Positions 9,556-19,838 of a stretch of DNA of 61,158 bases are shown piece after piece. The stretch comes from Bdellovibrionota bacterium. Lineage in GTDB: Bacteria > Bdellovibrionota_C > UBA2361 > JBIKUX01. The position numbers were made by a program, and so were the translations under genes. Positions within the stretch are counted from its first letter, which is position 1. Every line of letters starts with the position of its first letter. Location of the stretch: NCBI GenBank assembly GCA_044347345.1, contig JBIKUX010000016.1, positions 1-61,158 of the forward strand. The letters run 5' to 3'. Under the pieces are notes generated by a model. That model was not told the origin of the DNA. It saw nothing but the letters and a program-made list of their open reading frames with translations, and did no database searches.

Positions 9556-10512
9556 TTAATGAAACAAACTACTGACGGAATCTTCTGCATGTATTCTGCG
9601 AATCGCCTCAGCAAACAAAGGTGCCACAGAAAGCAATGTTAAACGCTCAAATAAGGAAGATTTTGGGATTGCAATAGTGTCAGTAACAACTACTTCATGC
9701 AGAGCAGAACTTTTTAGCCTTTCTGGGGCATTACCCGAAAAAATCGGATGTGCACAAGCAGCAATTACCTTTTTTGCGCCGGCCAGCATTATAGTCTCGG
9801 CAGCTTTTACTAAAGTACCTCCAGTGTCAATCATATCATCAACAATGATACATGATTTTCCGGCCACATCCCCTACAACATGCATCTCGGCTACTCTATT
9901 TGGGCCAGATCTCCGCTTATCAATAATAGCTATAGCAGCATTATCAAACTTAGTCGCGTAGTAGCGTGCCCGCTCCACTCCACCTGCATCAGGAGACACT
10001 ATAGTTACATTATCTCCCCCGTATTTTCCCTTTAAATATGGAAGCATAACGGGAAGTGCATTAAGATTGTCCACGGGAATATTAAAAAAACCCATTATCT
10101 GACCAGAATGGAGATCCATCGTAAGAATACGACCAGCTCCTGCAGTCTGAATTATATCTGCAACCAATTTTGCAGTTATTGGAACCCGCGGTTTTAATTT
10201 GCGATCTTGTCGTGCATAACCAAAATAAGGAAGTACCGCTGTTACACGCCCAGCCGATGCCCTTCTTAAAGCATCAAGTATAATGAGAAGCTCCATCAGA
10301 TGGTCATTTCCGGGCGCTGAGGTGCTTTGAACAACAAACACATCTCTGCCCCTGACATTATCTCCAATGTCAACTGAGAGCTCACCATCACTAAACCGAA
10401 TTACCTCCAATCTCCCAAGTTCAATTCTCAATGAATCACACACAGAAGATGTAAACCGCGGATTAGAACGACCAGAAAATACCACCAGTTGACCAGGCAC
10501 ATTAACCTCCAT
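9556..10512 (-). CDS. prs: ribose-phosphate pyrophosphokinase
   Basis: FSDGE, PYFGYARQDRK, DLHSGQI, VSPDAGGVERA, IVDDMIDTGGTL. Confidence 0.98.
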   Translation of the reverse strand: MEVNVPGQLVVFSGRSNPRFTSSVCDSLRIELGRLEVIRFSDGELSVDIGDNVRGRDVFVVQSTSAPGNDHLMELLIILDALRRASAGRVTAVLPYFGYARQDRKLKPRVPITAKLVADIIQTAGAGRILTMDLHSGQIMGFFNIPVDNLNALPVMLPYLKGKYGGDNVTIVSPDAGGVERARYYATKFDNAAIAIIDKRRSGPNRVAEMHVVGDVAGKSCIIVDDMIDTGGTLVKAAETIMLAGAKKVIAACAHPIFSGNAPERLKSSALHEVVVTDTIAIPKSSLFERLTLLSVAPLFAEAIRRIHAEDSVSSLFH

Positions 10513-10645
10513 CAGAAGACGGCTTTTGAAATAACGGAAGTTAAATAGTTAATCAAGTTATTAACCAATCTTTCACAACAAAAGAAGAAAGGGTGGAGTA
10601 TCCCCAGTTTTCTATGTAAAAAACTATTACAAAAATTTAAAAAAA

Positions 10646-10717
10646 CTGCCCGGGTAGGATTCGAACCTACGCATGGCGGGTTCAAAGCCCGCTGCCTTAC
10701 CGCTTGGCGACCGGGCA
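10646..10717 (-). tRNA. tRNA-Gln (TTG), CCA not encoded
   Basis: TGCCCGGTCGCCAAGCGGTAAGGCAGCGGGCTTTGAACCCGCCATGCGTAGGTTCGAATCCTACCCGGGCAG folds as a cloverleaf; usual ispE-tRNA-Gln-prs position. Confidence 0.97.
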
Positions 10718-10809
10718 TTACACCAGCTCACTCCATGGGGTGTTAGAGAGAGATAATTAAATCTTGACTGGTTTTATAGAAGATCTTCAAAACTTTCAAG
10801 AGGGCATCT

Positions 10810-11781
10810 TTATAGAATATCTGTAAAATATATTTTAGCGCCAAAATGCTGAGCGATATCTCGCAATTCTTTAATGGGCAATCTTTCATTCTGGCGCTTA
10901 GGAAGTACAAATAAAGTACTGCCGGAACCGCTCATACCTACGGCTCCAGCATCTTCTAACCCTTCTAACCGCTTATGAAGTATTTGCTGACGTGGTTCGA
11001 CCACCCAACTAATTTCAGTTAAATCATTTTTTACCAATGAAATCAGCTGTTCATAGGAAGAAATTAAAGATATTTTGTCGTTGTCACGTTCCGAACGCAA
11101 AAATCTTCTGCGACTTTCAGCAAATACCTCTGAAGTAGCAATACCCCACGGAGGACAAACCAGAGCAACAGGAGTACCCCTAATATCAAAGCTCTTAAGT
11201 GGCAAAACTTCCTCACCAATTCCTCTTACCCATGAAACACCGCTTGGCTGACAATCAAGAAAAAAAGGTACATCTGCTCCAAGCTGTCTAGCGACCTGTT
11301 GTAAGGTAGCTTGTCGTCTATCTAATCGTTGATCATTTAAGTGAACTAGTAGTGGCCCTTTTACTCCTAATCCTTCCAAATACAATTCAGTTAAACGCAT
11401 CGCAATCGCACAATCACTACTTCCGCCACCCAGACCTCCTCCTAGTGGAATTCTTTTTTCTAGGGAAAACGATAACGAAACCGGATCAGAAATAATGCTA
11501 TGATTAATAATAAAATTAGCTCCTCTAGATACTAAATTTTTTTCACTATCAAACAATTCAGCCATCGATGACTTGCAAATTATTTGAGACTTATCAGATT
11601 TGGCATAATCAGCCTCAAGCCTTAAAGTATCTGCAAATCTAAGTCGAGCAGTCAGCATTGAAAGTCTATGGTAGCTATTACTATAAAGCCCTTCTACTAT
11701 AAGTCGAAAATTTATTTTAGCAAATGCTACGCCTACGGCTTTAAACACGGTCTGATTATTCAAACTACCGCCTTGCAACAA
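10810..11781 (-). CDS. ispE: 4-diphosphocytidyl-2-C-methyl-D-erythritol kinase
   Basis: AKINFRL, YHRL, KRIPLGGGLGGGSSD, LGADVPFF, NDL, MSGSGS. Confidence 0.95.
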   Translation of the reverse strand: MLQGGSLNNQTVFKAVGVAFAKINFRLIVEGLYSNSYHRLSMLTARLRFADTLRLEADYAKSDKSQIICKSSMAELFDSEKNLVSRGANFIINHSIISDPVSLSFSLEKRIPLGGGLGGGSSDCAIAMRLTELYLEGLGVKGPLLVHLNDQRLDRRQATLQQVARQLGADVPFFLDCQPSGVSWVRGIGEEVLPLKSFDIRGTPVALVCPPWGIATSEVFAESRRRFLRSERDNDKISLISSYEQLISLVKNDLTEISWVVEPRQQILHKRLEGLEDAGAVGMSGSGSTLFVLPKRQNERLPIKELRDIAQHFGAKIYFTDIL

Positions 11782-12721
11782 AAAATTGTGGGTGTTTTAT
11801 TAAGATAGATCGTCTTTTTTCTTGAGCAATACTGCCCAGTTCCAGCGGAAAAGGCCTATCGCTCCGAAGAAATTTTGCAAGCCAGTTTTCATCAAGCAGA
11901 GCAGATGATGGCGGCAAAAGATCTATCCCTGCTGGAGATACAGCTAATGTGCATTCAGGCCTTCTTCCTATTGATTTTCCTTTAGCTACATACCAACCAT
12001 TACTCAAAAATAAGGCTCTCATTGCAGTAGATATCGAATAAGTAATTAGAATAGTAGGAGTGGTATTAAAAGCGTCACAAAGATTGTCAATTAACTCCGG
12101 TGACCATAGTGATGGCATAACCGGTTGTGAGAAAGGATCAAAACAAATTACGTTAGGTTTGACTGAAGAATTTTTAGTACTGCACCCGTTACCACCATAA
12201 GGATTGTTACTTCCATGAGGTTGAGTTTTACACCATATATTTTCGCTCAGTATATTTTCCCTCCATGTATAACAAAAATCTCCCTCAATATACTTCCAAT
12301 CTATGTATTTAGAAGTCCACCTTCTCTGCTCAGTGGTGAGAATGGATTCTACAGCGGGATGATTTGTGTAGGGAAAGACGCTTTGGTGCTTACGAGCTAA
12401 AATCAAAGGCTCGAGTGTGATATCAAAACTTACTACAGTTATTCTTAGATTTTGATTACAAATAGTGCTCCAATCGTGAGAAACAAAGGCCATAGAATTC
12501 GCTCCAGCACCTAAACCTACATCCCAAATTACCACTGGTGAGGTGCCAGATTCTATTAAATGACTGATAGCTGGTAAGCTCTGCTCTAGATAAAGTTGTT
12601 TTGCTTCATCAAATGGATTTAATAGTGGATGCATTCTTTCGCCAGACCTGCAATCCATGATTCTAGTTTGTCCGTCCGAGTCACAGACAACTGAAAAATT
12701 TTCTGAGAAATTCTCAATCAT
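11765..12721 (-). CDS. MnmC/MnmD-like SAM-dependent tRNA methyltransferase domain protein
   Basis: GERMHP...EAKQLY, IWDVGLGAGAN, FDPFS....LWS, TYS; no FAD oxidase domain. Confidence 0.75.
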   Translation of the reverse strand: MIENFSENFSVVCDSDGQTRIMDCRSGERMHPLLNPFDEAKQLYLEQSLPAISHLIESGTSPVVIWDVGLGAGANSMAFVSHDWSTICNQNLRITVVSFDITLEPLILARKHQSVFPYTNHPAVESILTTEQRRWTSKYIDWKYIEGDFCYTWRENILSENIWCKTQPHGSNNPYGGNGCSTKNSSVKPNVICFDPFSQPVMPSLWSPELIDNLCDAFNTTPTILITYSISTAMRALFLSNGWYVAKGKSIGRRPECTLAVSPAGIDLLPPSSALLDENWLAKFLRSDRPFPLELGSIAQEKRRSILIKHPQFFVARR

Positions 12722-12793
12722 ATTCTAATAATAGTAGTAAATAGAATCTAAGACAGTCTGCTCTTTATCACTGCCATGTTGTTCATGGCTGTT

Positions 12794-13186
12794 CTATCTC
12801 TGATTACGCTCTACTCTCACTTTTAGAGCTACCAACCGTAACTTTAATTCTTCATCATTAATAGCGTCAGCTAAAACTAGCCCTTCGCTAATGAGCTCGT
12901 TAGCACGCGTTTCCTCACTGAGCCTGGCCAAACACTCGATATGAGGAATAAAATGAGGGGTATAAGTACGATAATCACGATAAACAATTTGAAAAAAATC
13001 AATTGCTTCTCTATCTCTGCCTAATTCTACGTAAAGGTTAGCTATTTGACAGGGAAGCTCGGGGTCAATCCTATTCCACTCGTATTCTCTCCTGAGACTT
13101 ACAAGTTTCTCTTCAGCAGCAAGACTTCCTGACCGAGACACTTTTGTCAGCTTTTCATTGCCAACATCTTTCGATTCTTCTCCCAT
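12794..13186 (-). CDS. small TPR-like hypothetical protein
   Basis: QIANLYVELGRDREAIDFFQ helix-pair pattern; ATG chosen at 13186. Confidence 0.65.
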   Translation of the reverse strand: MGEESKDVGNEKLTKVSRSGSLAAEEKLVSLRREYEWNRIDPELPCQIANLYVELGRDREAIDFFQIVYRDYRTYTPHFIPHIECLARLSEETRANELISEGLVLADAINDEELKLRLVALKVRVERNQR

Positions 13187-13244
13187 AAACTCTTTACCAC
13201 ACACAAAATTGACTTTCTTGTTACTGTATGGACGAATAAAGGGT

Positions 13245-14255
13245 ATGACAACAGAAATTGCTGATTCAATATATATTCAGACAAAAAAGAGCGACCATAA
13301 ACCTTCATCCAACGCTTTGCTATCAATCGCCTTAGAGGCGGCTAAAATTGGCGCAAGTAGAATTATCGAAGCTCGAAAGAGCAATAATTTTACCCAATCA
13401 AAAAAAAGAGACAAAAGCCTCCTTACTTCAGTCGATATAGCTGTACAAAGAGAGGTATCAAACTTTCTAAAGGCGGCAATTCCCGAACAACACCACATCT
13501 TCCTCGCTGAAGAAGAAGATGATGATTATGATGAAGATAATGATATTAGCACTTCTAACATAAGCTCTACCTCTGGTCTTGAGGCAAGACACCACAAAAA
13601 GCTTTCCCATAAAGATGTTGGGGATATTATTTGGATTCTCGACCCTATAGATGGCACTACAAATTTTACGATGGGGTTACCCGAAGTCGCAGTGTCTCTA
13701 GGAATAATCGTAAATAAAGAGCTTGTAGCCGGAGTTGTTCATGCCCCATTTCTGAGTAAAGTATATTACGCCGCTAAGGGTGAAGGTGCCTTTTGTAATG
13801 GATCCCCCATAAAGGCCAGCCTTGCAACTGATATCAATGAAGTCTTAATTGCAACCGGTTTTCCTTATTTAAACAACCGAGAAACTTGGTTCTCTCTCCA
13901 ATTAAAGCGTATTGAAAAGGTCGGTCGAGCCGCAAATGATATCAGGCGAAACGGAGCTTGCTCCATAGATTTATGTCGTGTAGCAGATGGTACTTTTGGT
14001 GGTTTTTTTGAAACTGTGCAGCCATGGGATATAGCGGCTGGACAACTCATCTGTAAGGAAGCAGGTGCAAAAATAGGGCACTTTTCAAAATTTAATAGCG
14101 AAGAACATAAATTAGTCTGGGAAAATTTTGCCAAAAAACGAGGTTTACCTTACGGCCTCATACAAGACATCACTAGCAATGAGCTTAGAAGTGATGATTA
14201 TTTCGTCGCCGCAGAGGGCATTTTTCATGAACTACAAAAATTACTTTCTGAGTAA
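13245..14255 (+). CDS. suhB: inositol monophosphatase family protein (SuhB-like)
   Basis: AEE, WILDPIDGTTNF, ATGFPY, RRNGA, PWDIAAG; likely start at ATG 13245. Confidence 0.9.
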   Translation: MTTEIADSIYIQTKKSDHKPSSNALLSIALEAAKIGASRIIEARKSNNFTQSKKRDKSLLTSVDIAVQREVSNFLKAAIPEQHHIFLAEEEDDDYDEDNDISTSNISSTSGLEARHHKKLSHKDVGDIIWILDPIDGTTNFTMGLPEVAVSLGIIVNKELVAGVVHAPFLSKVYYAAKGEGAFCNGSPIKASLATDINEVLIATGFPYLNNRETWFSLQLKRIEKVGRAANDIRRNGACSIDLCRVADGTFGGFFETVQPWDIAAGQLICKEAGAKIGHFSKFNSEEHKLVWENFAKKRGLPYGLIQDITSNELRSDDYFVAAEGIFHELQKLLSE

Positions 14256-14292
14256 TCTTTTCTTAAATTTTTTCCCCGATTAAGCAAGGTTT

Positions 14293-14811
14293 TCAAAGAA
14301 GGCCATCAGGCACTGGGCCATGAAATATAGCCGTGCTTTGTCCTTCATGAATCCCAAGTTTTTCGGCGCTACCAGCAACTAATTCAATAACGTACTTAGA
14401 TGGCCTCTCAACAGAGATAATGTCAGTAGACTGAGGTATAGTATTCCGTTTAATTCCTACTATTTTTTTATCTTCATCAATAAAGATTATATCCAGACTC
14501 ACAAAAGTATTTTTCATCCAAAACTCTTGCAAAGAACTAGATGGAAAGACAAACAACATTCCAGTATCCGGCGGAAGTGTCTTAACGTACATGAGTCCAC
14601 GCTGACGATCACCCTGATTGTTAACTATTTTTAAAAATACTTGCTTAGAGTTAGAACCGTCAACTTTAGTAAAGGAAACCGGAAGCATCCCCTTTTGCTC
14701 TATAGCTTTGGCGGAAATGAAGCTAAGAGCAACTAGTAATAGTGTTATAAAACCAAAAGAAATAAGAAGAGATTTTGGGAATTTTTTAATAATCGATAAT
14801 CTCTCAGCCAT
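14293..14811 (-). CDS. DUF192 family protein
   Basis: RQRGLMY, GMLFVF, FWMKNT..SLDIIFI, YVIELVAG. Confidence 0.93.
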   Translation of the reverse strand: MAERLSIIKKFPKSLLISFGFITLLLVALSFISAKAIEQKGMLPVSFTKVDGSNSKQVFLKIVNNQGDRQRGLMYVKTLPPDTGMLFVFPSSSLQEFWMKNTFVSLDIIFIDEDKKIVGIKRNTIPQSTDIISVERPSKYVIELVAGSAEKLGIHEGQSTAIFHGPVPDGLL

Positions 14812-14843
14812 TACAAGCCCGTTAACCTAGTCTATACAACCAA

Positions 14844-15833
14844 TCAATTACCTTTAAGAGCTTCAGTAAGTTCTGGTACCAAAACGAATAAATCTCCCAC
14901 TAATCCATAACTGGCTAATTCAAAAATTGGAGCATCTGCATCTTTATTTATGGCTACGATGATTTTTGCATCTTTCATTCCTGCAAGGTGCTGAATCGCC
15001 CCAGAGATACCAACTGCAATGTAAAGATCTGGTGCTACAATCTTGCCAGTCTGACCAACTTGCCAATCATTTGGAGCATACCCAGCATCTACCGCAGCTC
15101 GAGATGCTCCAATCGCTGCATTTAATGCATCAGCTAGGGGAAATAAAACTTTTTCAAAATTCTCTGCCGAGCCTAATGCTCTACCACCACTAACTATTAC
15201 TCTTGCATCAGCTAGCTCAGGTCGCCCACCGCCAGATATCTCCTGAGAAACAACAGTCACTGACGGAGGAAATGTAAAACCCACCTCAGAGGAAACTAAT
15301 CCCGAGGCTGCTATAATATGAACTGACCCCGTAGTGCCTATGTCAGTGGCTGCCGAAAATGCTGAGCTTCTAACCGTCACAACAGTGGTAGGAGTTGTTA
15401 CCATTACTTGAGCAAATACATCACCAGCATACATCGGACGAATAAATGACCGATCAGCATTTACGGCTATAATATCGGAGGCTTGCCCTGCATTCAGTAA
15501 CGTGGCGACTCTTGGCAAGAAATCTTTTCCGGTAGATGAAGCTGCGCCAACGATAAGACTTGCACCTTTCTTTTTTACCAAAGAAGCTACAACTGTTGCC
15601 ACGGCTCCAGCTGTGTAAGAAGACACTTCAGGACCATCTATTGCATAAGACTCTGATATCCCGAGAGTGCCAGCTTCTTCAGCAGCTTTACTTCCGCCTG
15701 GACCCCACATTACCCCGATCAACGATGATATTCCAAAAGGAGTAACCATTGCTTGAGCAGCCGACAAAGCGGATTTACTGGAAGAACTTATTATTCCGTC
15801 TTTGTGTTCAAGAATCATTAAAAGCGTCGACAT
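14844..15833 (-). CDS. etfA: electron transfer flavoprotein alpha subunit
   Basis: VSGGRALG, GASRAAVDAG, QVGQTGKIVAP.LYIAVGISGAIQH.AGM. Confidence 0.97.
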   Translation of the reverse strand: MSTLLMILEHKDGIISSSSKSALSAAQAMVTPFGISSLIGVMWGPGGSKAAEEAGTLGISESYAIDGPEVSSYTAGAVATVVASLVKKKGASLIVGAASSTGKDFLPRVATLLNAGQASDIIAVNADRSFIRPMYAGDVFAQVMVTTPTTVVTVRSSAFSAATDIGTTGSVHIIAASGLVSSEVGFTFPPSVTVVSQEISGGGRPELADARVIVSGGRALGSAENFEKVLFPLADALNAAIGASRAAVDAGYAPNDWQVGQTGKIVAPDLYIAVGISGAIQHLAGMKDAKIIVAINKDADAPIFELASYGLVGDLFVLVPELTEALKGN

Positions 15834-15868
15834 TACAAATACCCTTAGGACAATTTAACACCATTTTA

Positions 15869-16642
15869 TCAAAGAACTTTGGCTTCATTACGGAGTAGGT
15901 TTACCAGTTCGCCTACTGAATCAACCTTTTTGCCAGCTTGCCGCTTAGGAGGGAAAAAAAGTTTTTGTATCTCTACAAGTGCCTTTGCTTCTACACCCAA
16001 TTCCTTGAGAGATACGACATCTACCTGTTTTTTCTTTGCTTTCATAATATTCGGCAGAGAGGCATACCTAGGTTCGTTTAGACGGAGATCTGCTGATACA
16101 ACCATTGGAAACGAGCCACGCAAAGTTTCAAGACCGCCATCTACTTCTCGAGTAACCTCTACGATACCAGATACTTCATTACCTATTGGCTTTTCAACTA
16201 TTGTTATCTTCGAAGCAAAACATGCTTGAGGCCATCCAAGTTGACCCGCGATAATCTGCGCAGTCTGATTAGCATCCGAATCAATTGACTGTTTTCCTAA
16301 AAGAACAAGCGAGGGCGATTCTTTCAAAATTACTGCTGATAAAATCGAAGCTGCCACATGCGAGTCAACAACAACATCGGTTTCAACATGAATTCCGCGG
16401 TCTGCACCCATAGCGAGTGCATATCTAAGCTGAGTAACGGCATCAGCAGAACCAATAGTGACTGCTACAACTTCTTCCGCAAACCCTTGCTCTTTAATTC
16501 TAAGAGCCTCTTCAACAGCAATTTCATCAAAAGGATTTGCTATCCATTTTATACCTTCGGTTAAAATATTAGTGCCATCAGCCGCCAACTTAATTTTTGT
16601 TTCATAGTCGGGAACTCGCTTAACTGATACAACAATCTTCAT
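15869..16642 (-). CDS. etfB: electron transfer flavoprotein beta subunit
   Basis: VKRVPD, NPFDEIAVEEA, ALAMGAD, GKQSID, REVDGG, LNEPRYASLPNIMKAKKK. Confidence 0.97.
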   Translation of the reverse strand: MKIVVSVKRVPDYETKIKLAADGTNILTEGIKWIANPFDEIAVEEALRIKEQGFAEEVVAVTIGSADAVTQLRYALAMGADRGIHVETDVVVDSHVAASILSAVILKESPSLVLLGKQSIDSDANQTAQIIAGQLGWPQACFASKITIVEKPIGNEVSGIVEVTREVDGGLETLRGSFPMVVSADLRLNEPRYASLPNIMKAKKKQVDVVSLKELGVEAKALVEIQKLFFPPKRQAGKKVDSVGELVNLLRNEAKVL

Positions 16643-16723
16643 ATGCATAATCCTTTAGTATCTGTCCTACATTGTACAAGGTTACGACCGCTAGAGAAAG
16701 CCGGTGTTATTGTTACCGAAGCG

Positions 16724-18016
16724 GTGAAATTTTCATATTTTATAAAATTACCATTACTAATCCTGTTTGCGTTGCTAAAAATACCGCAGATGGCTCTTTG
16801 TGAAGAGCTACTGAACCTTAACGCCAGCAACATAGTGCCTGTTCGAATACTTCACTCATCAACTGGAAGGTGTGGTTCAGGATTTATCAGTGGTACAAAC
16901 AAAATAGTGACTGCTGCCCATGTAGCTCGTAGCGTCTGTGGCGCCAAGATTTGTGAAGATTTGTCTCTCATATTGGGTGATTCAGCTGAAATTCATAGAC
17001 CAGTTGTTTCTGTGATTCAAATAATTAATAGTCTTGACGTTGCACTTCTTGAAATATCCCCAGAACTCCTCCCAGATTCAAATAAACTAAAGCCTGTGCC
17101 ATCAAATTTTTCTGGCATAGCAGGCTATCCTTCATGCGGTGATTTAACTTTAAGTTCAGGCGGATTAACCAGACCATCAAGTAGTACTGTTTATTCCTCA
17201 GCCTTAGGAATGAAAGGAAGTAGCGGAAGTCCGATATTTTTAGATGGTTCACTAATCGGTATTGCTTTAGAAAGTGATGGCCTACTAAATGGTACTTTAG
17301 GCCTTTTTTTAAAGGTCCCTCACAAGCTCAAGGGACGACCCGTAGAGGCACTAAAGCCATTAACCGAACCTATACGGCAATCTCTAATCACGGAAGCCCA
17401 ACTAATTGAGAACGAATTTATCAACGAGGTACTCAATTTACGCGGCCTACAGCGAATCGTAGCTTCAATTAGATATTTAGAAAGAGTAAGAAACTTTTCT
17501 CGTCGTTTGAGCGCAAGTGATGAACCGGAACATTCACTAGCAGGCTTTAACGGCGTATCACTTGGTAGAGATACTGAAGAGCTAATCGAACAGGTGGTAC
17601 AACGTCCGTCCGCTCTAAGCAATATAATTATCAAACTATTTTTACGTTCCTATCTCGAAAGAGTTGGTTTTTGGGACGAATTTCTTACTCCCGTGCCCCC
17701 CCAGAGCATTACTAAAGTTATCTACGGCAGCAATCTTTCACCGTCAAGCAAAAATCAACTATTAGCTATAATTACCGAAACGCAACAAGCAGGGTATCCG
17801 GGAGTAGAGTGGGTTATATTGTGGTATGTAGCTATCGGCTCTGTTGTAGTAAGTGCCTTTCTAGCTTCTCTTGGTTACATCTGGGGACGAGTTCGAGGAG
17901 AAGGCGGAAGTTTTTTACACGCCGCATTAACCACGATTATTATCGCGCTACTACTGTGGCCGGTAGGATGGTTTCTTTTTTTAATAAAACGACACTTTTT
18001 TTCAAGAAAAAAATAA
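16724..18016 (+). CDS. trypsin-like (S1) serine protease with C-terminal TM helices
   Basis: Catalytic triad motifs TAAHV, LDVALL, GSSGSP; signal-like N-terminus from GTG 16724; two hydrophobic C-terminal segments. Confidence 0.8.
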   Translation: MKFSYFIKLPLLILFALLKIPQMALCEELLNLNASNIVPVRILHSSTGRCGSGFISGTNKIVTAAHVARSVCGAKICEDLSLILGDSAEIHRPVVSVIQIINSLDVALLEISPELLPDSNKLKPVPSNFSGIAGYPSCGDLTLSSGGLTRPSSSTVYSSALGMKGSSGSPIFLDGSLIGIALESDGLLNGTLGLFLKVPHKLKGRPVEALKPLTEPIRQSLITEAQLIENEFINEVLNLRGLQRIVASIRYLERVRNFSRRLSASDEPEHSLAGFNGVSLGRDTEELIEQVVQRPSALSNIIIKLFLRSYLERVGFWDEFLTPVPPQSITKVIYGSNLSPSSKNQLLAIITETQQAGYPGVEWVILWYVAIGSVVVSAFLASLGYIWGRVRGEGGSFLHAALTTIIIALLLWPVGWFLFLIKRHFFSRKK

Positions 18017-18047
18017 TTAAGTGTCATACTTTCGACCACACTAGGGC

Positions 18048-18350
18048 TTAAAGGCCACTCCAAGAGGATGCTCCTTTCGGTCGCCAAACTCTTCTCATAC
18101 CACCCCTAGAAAGCTGCTGCCGCTTCATAGGAAAGGGCTTAAGGTATTCGTTTATTCTTTTACCTGGCCCAGAACCGTAATAGTACCAAGCAGGTATCTT
18201 TTTAAACTGATTTAAATACTGTTTAGGTACTTCCTTTATTGAATCAACCCAATGAATAGTTCCACCAGAATCTATGTATCGGTAGCGTCTTTCACCAAAA
18301 GCCACATTAGCGTGAGTAATGAATATAACTAAAGCAATTAATCTAATCAT
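18048..18350 (-). CDS. small secreted DUF4124-like protein
   Basis: Signal peptide followed by YRYIDSGGTIHWVD...VPKQY. Confidence 0.7.
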   Translation of the reverse strand: MIRLIALVIFITHANVAFGERRYRYIDSGGTIHWVDSIKEVPKQYLNQFKKIPAWYYYGSGPGKRINEYLKPFPMKRQQLSRGGMRRVWRPKGASSWSGL

Positions 18351-18413
18351 AAATATTTTAAAAATTATCAAAGAGTCTGTTCGTTAAGTATAAGCGTTAT
18401 CCCTTGATATGTC

Positions 18414-18440
18414 TTATCTTTTACTATCAGTAAAAGATAA
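18414..18440. promoter_or_regulatory. perfect 12-bp inverted repeat in a divergent promoter region (candidate operator)
   Basis: TTATCTTTTACT-ATC-AGTAAAAGATAA; a second palindrome TTAATCTT-A-AAGATTAA lies at 18496-18512. Confidence 0.4.
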
Positions 18441-18560
18441 CCACTTTATCTCACTTACTGACAGTTATGCTGATAATCTACTTGAACTACCTTAGTTAAT
18501 CTTAAAGATTAAGTTATAAAGAAAAGCCGGATAAAATAACCAAAATTCAGAGGTTTAAAA

Positions 18561-19076
18561 ATGAAGTACGCTGTAGAACAGAGAATGGGAACCTTCGGGG
18601 ACGACTTTTGGATTCGAAATGAAAGAGGAGAGAAAATATTTTACGTATCCGGTTCCCTATACTCTTTTGGAGATAAATTAACATTGATGAATTCATCTGG
18701 CCAAGAGCTAGCAAAAATAAAACAAAAACTTTTTACACTATTCCCGACATACAGAGTTTTTCGGAATGGTAAAATAGCTGCCACACTCAAGAAACAAGTG
18801 ATATCTTTTCGCCCGAAATTTCATCTCAAGTTCCCACTAGGAGAACGCCTGACCATTAAAGGTTCTTTCATCTTTCATGATTACGAAATATACCGAAAAG
18901 AAAAAGTAGTAGCTCGAATCCATAAACGACTTGGGACTTTCACTGACTGCTACGAGGTCGATGTAACTAGCTCAGAGGATGTCGTTATCATTCTATGCGT
19001 TGCAGTATGCATCGACCAGATTATTGACTTAAAACGTAAAGCTCAAAAAAAGGAAGAAGAGCGAAGAGCAGCCTAA
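18561..19076 (+). CDS. LURP-one-related / scramblase-like protein
   Basis: FGDDFWI.NE.G, IKQKLFTL.PTY, GSFIFHDYEI, D.YEVDV; GAGG RBS. Confidence 0.9.
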   Translation: MKYAVEQRMGTFGDDFWIRNERGEKIFYVSGSLYSFGDKLTLMNSSGQELAKIKQKLFTLFPTYRVFRNGKIAATLKKQVISFRPKFHLKFPLGERLTIKGSFIFHDYEIYRKEKVVARIHKRLGTFTDCYEVDVTSSEDVVIILCVAVCIDQIIDLKRKAQKKEEERRAA

Positions 19077-19113
19077 AGACGGTTACACTCACTCTTCTAA
19101 AGTTTTACTCTTT

Positions 19114-19704
19114 TTACTGCTTCTCTAAAACTGCGAGCAATTGAGGATCTCTCGATAATTCAGCAATAGCTAGCGACATTGCCTGTTCCAACAACTCAGC
19201 AATCCTACTTTCTCTGGCATACGCATCTCGAGTTTCTCTTTCTCCTGAGTAAGTTGCCTCATAAAGAATCTTGCCCGAAGCCTCGTCTTGGACCCGACTT
19301 GTAAAGCGAGCTTGAGCAATTAGCTTAGTACCAGACAATGAAGATTTAATCGATGCGTGCCACTCCAGGATGTCTCCTAACACAGTAAGAGGTGTAGCTC
19401 CACCTACCATCACACCTTTTTTCCTAAGAGCATCACTAACGGCAGAAGCTACCACCTGAGCAGCAGTTTCCGAATCAGCTCCTACAAGTTTGGCCCCCTC
19501 AGAAGACATCTTACCCACAGGTCGGGAATCAGTGAACAAACCAATAGCTGTGCGACCAGCAACCAATTTATTGGATAGCGGAAGATGTTTTGTAGAAACA
19601 GCGGCTACCTTTACTGAAGAAGGAAGCCCAGAGGAGCAACCCACGGCTATTATCATGGTACTGGCTATTATTAAGAAGTTAGCCGCTACACTAATTTGGT
19701 TCAT
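19114..19704 (-). CDS. lipoprotein (YajG-like fold, putative)
   Basis: Lipobox AVGC; FTDSR motif; C-terminal amphipathic helix. Confidence 0.6.
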   Translation of the reverse strand: MNQISVAANFLIIASTMIIAVGCSSGLPSSVKVAAVSTKHLPLSNKLVAGRTAIGLFTDSRPVGKMSSEGAKLVGADSETAAQVVASAVSDALRKKGVMVGGATPLTVLGDILEWHASIKSSLSGTKLIAQARFTSRVQDEASGKILYEATYSGERETRDAYARESRIAELLEQAMSLAIAELSRDPQLLAVLEKQ

Positions 19705-19838
19705 TATCTCCACCAATTAAAATATATTAATCGTACTCTTATAATATGTATTTTTAAGGCCTCATCCTCTTGACGACAATCCATTTAGCACGTAAAAAGT
19801 GACAACGTTGAAACTTCCAGCCTTTTTTTAAAAAAGCT

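Noticed and set aside
10512..10718. 68-aa minus-strand ORF
   Set aside because: It is a translation across tRNA-Gln.
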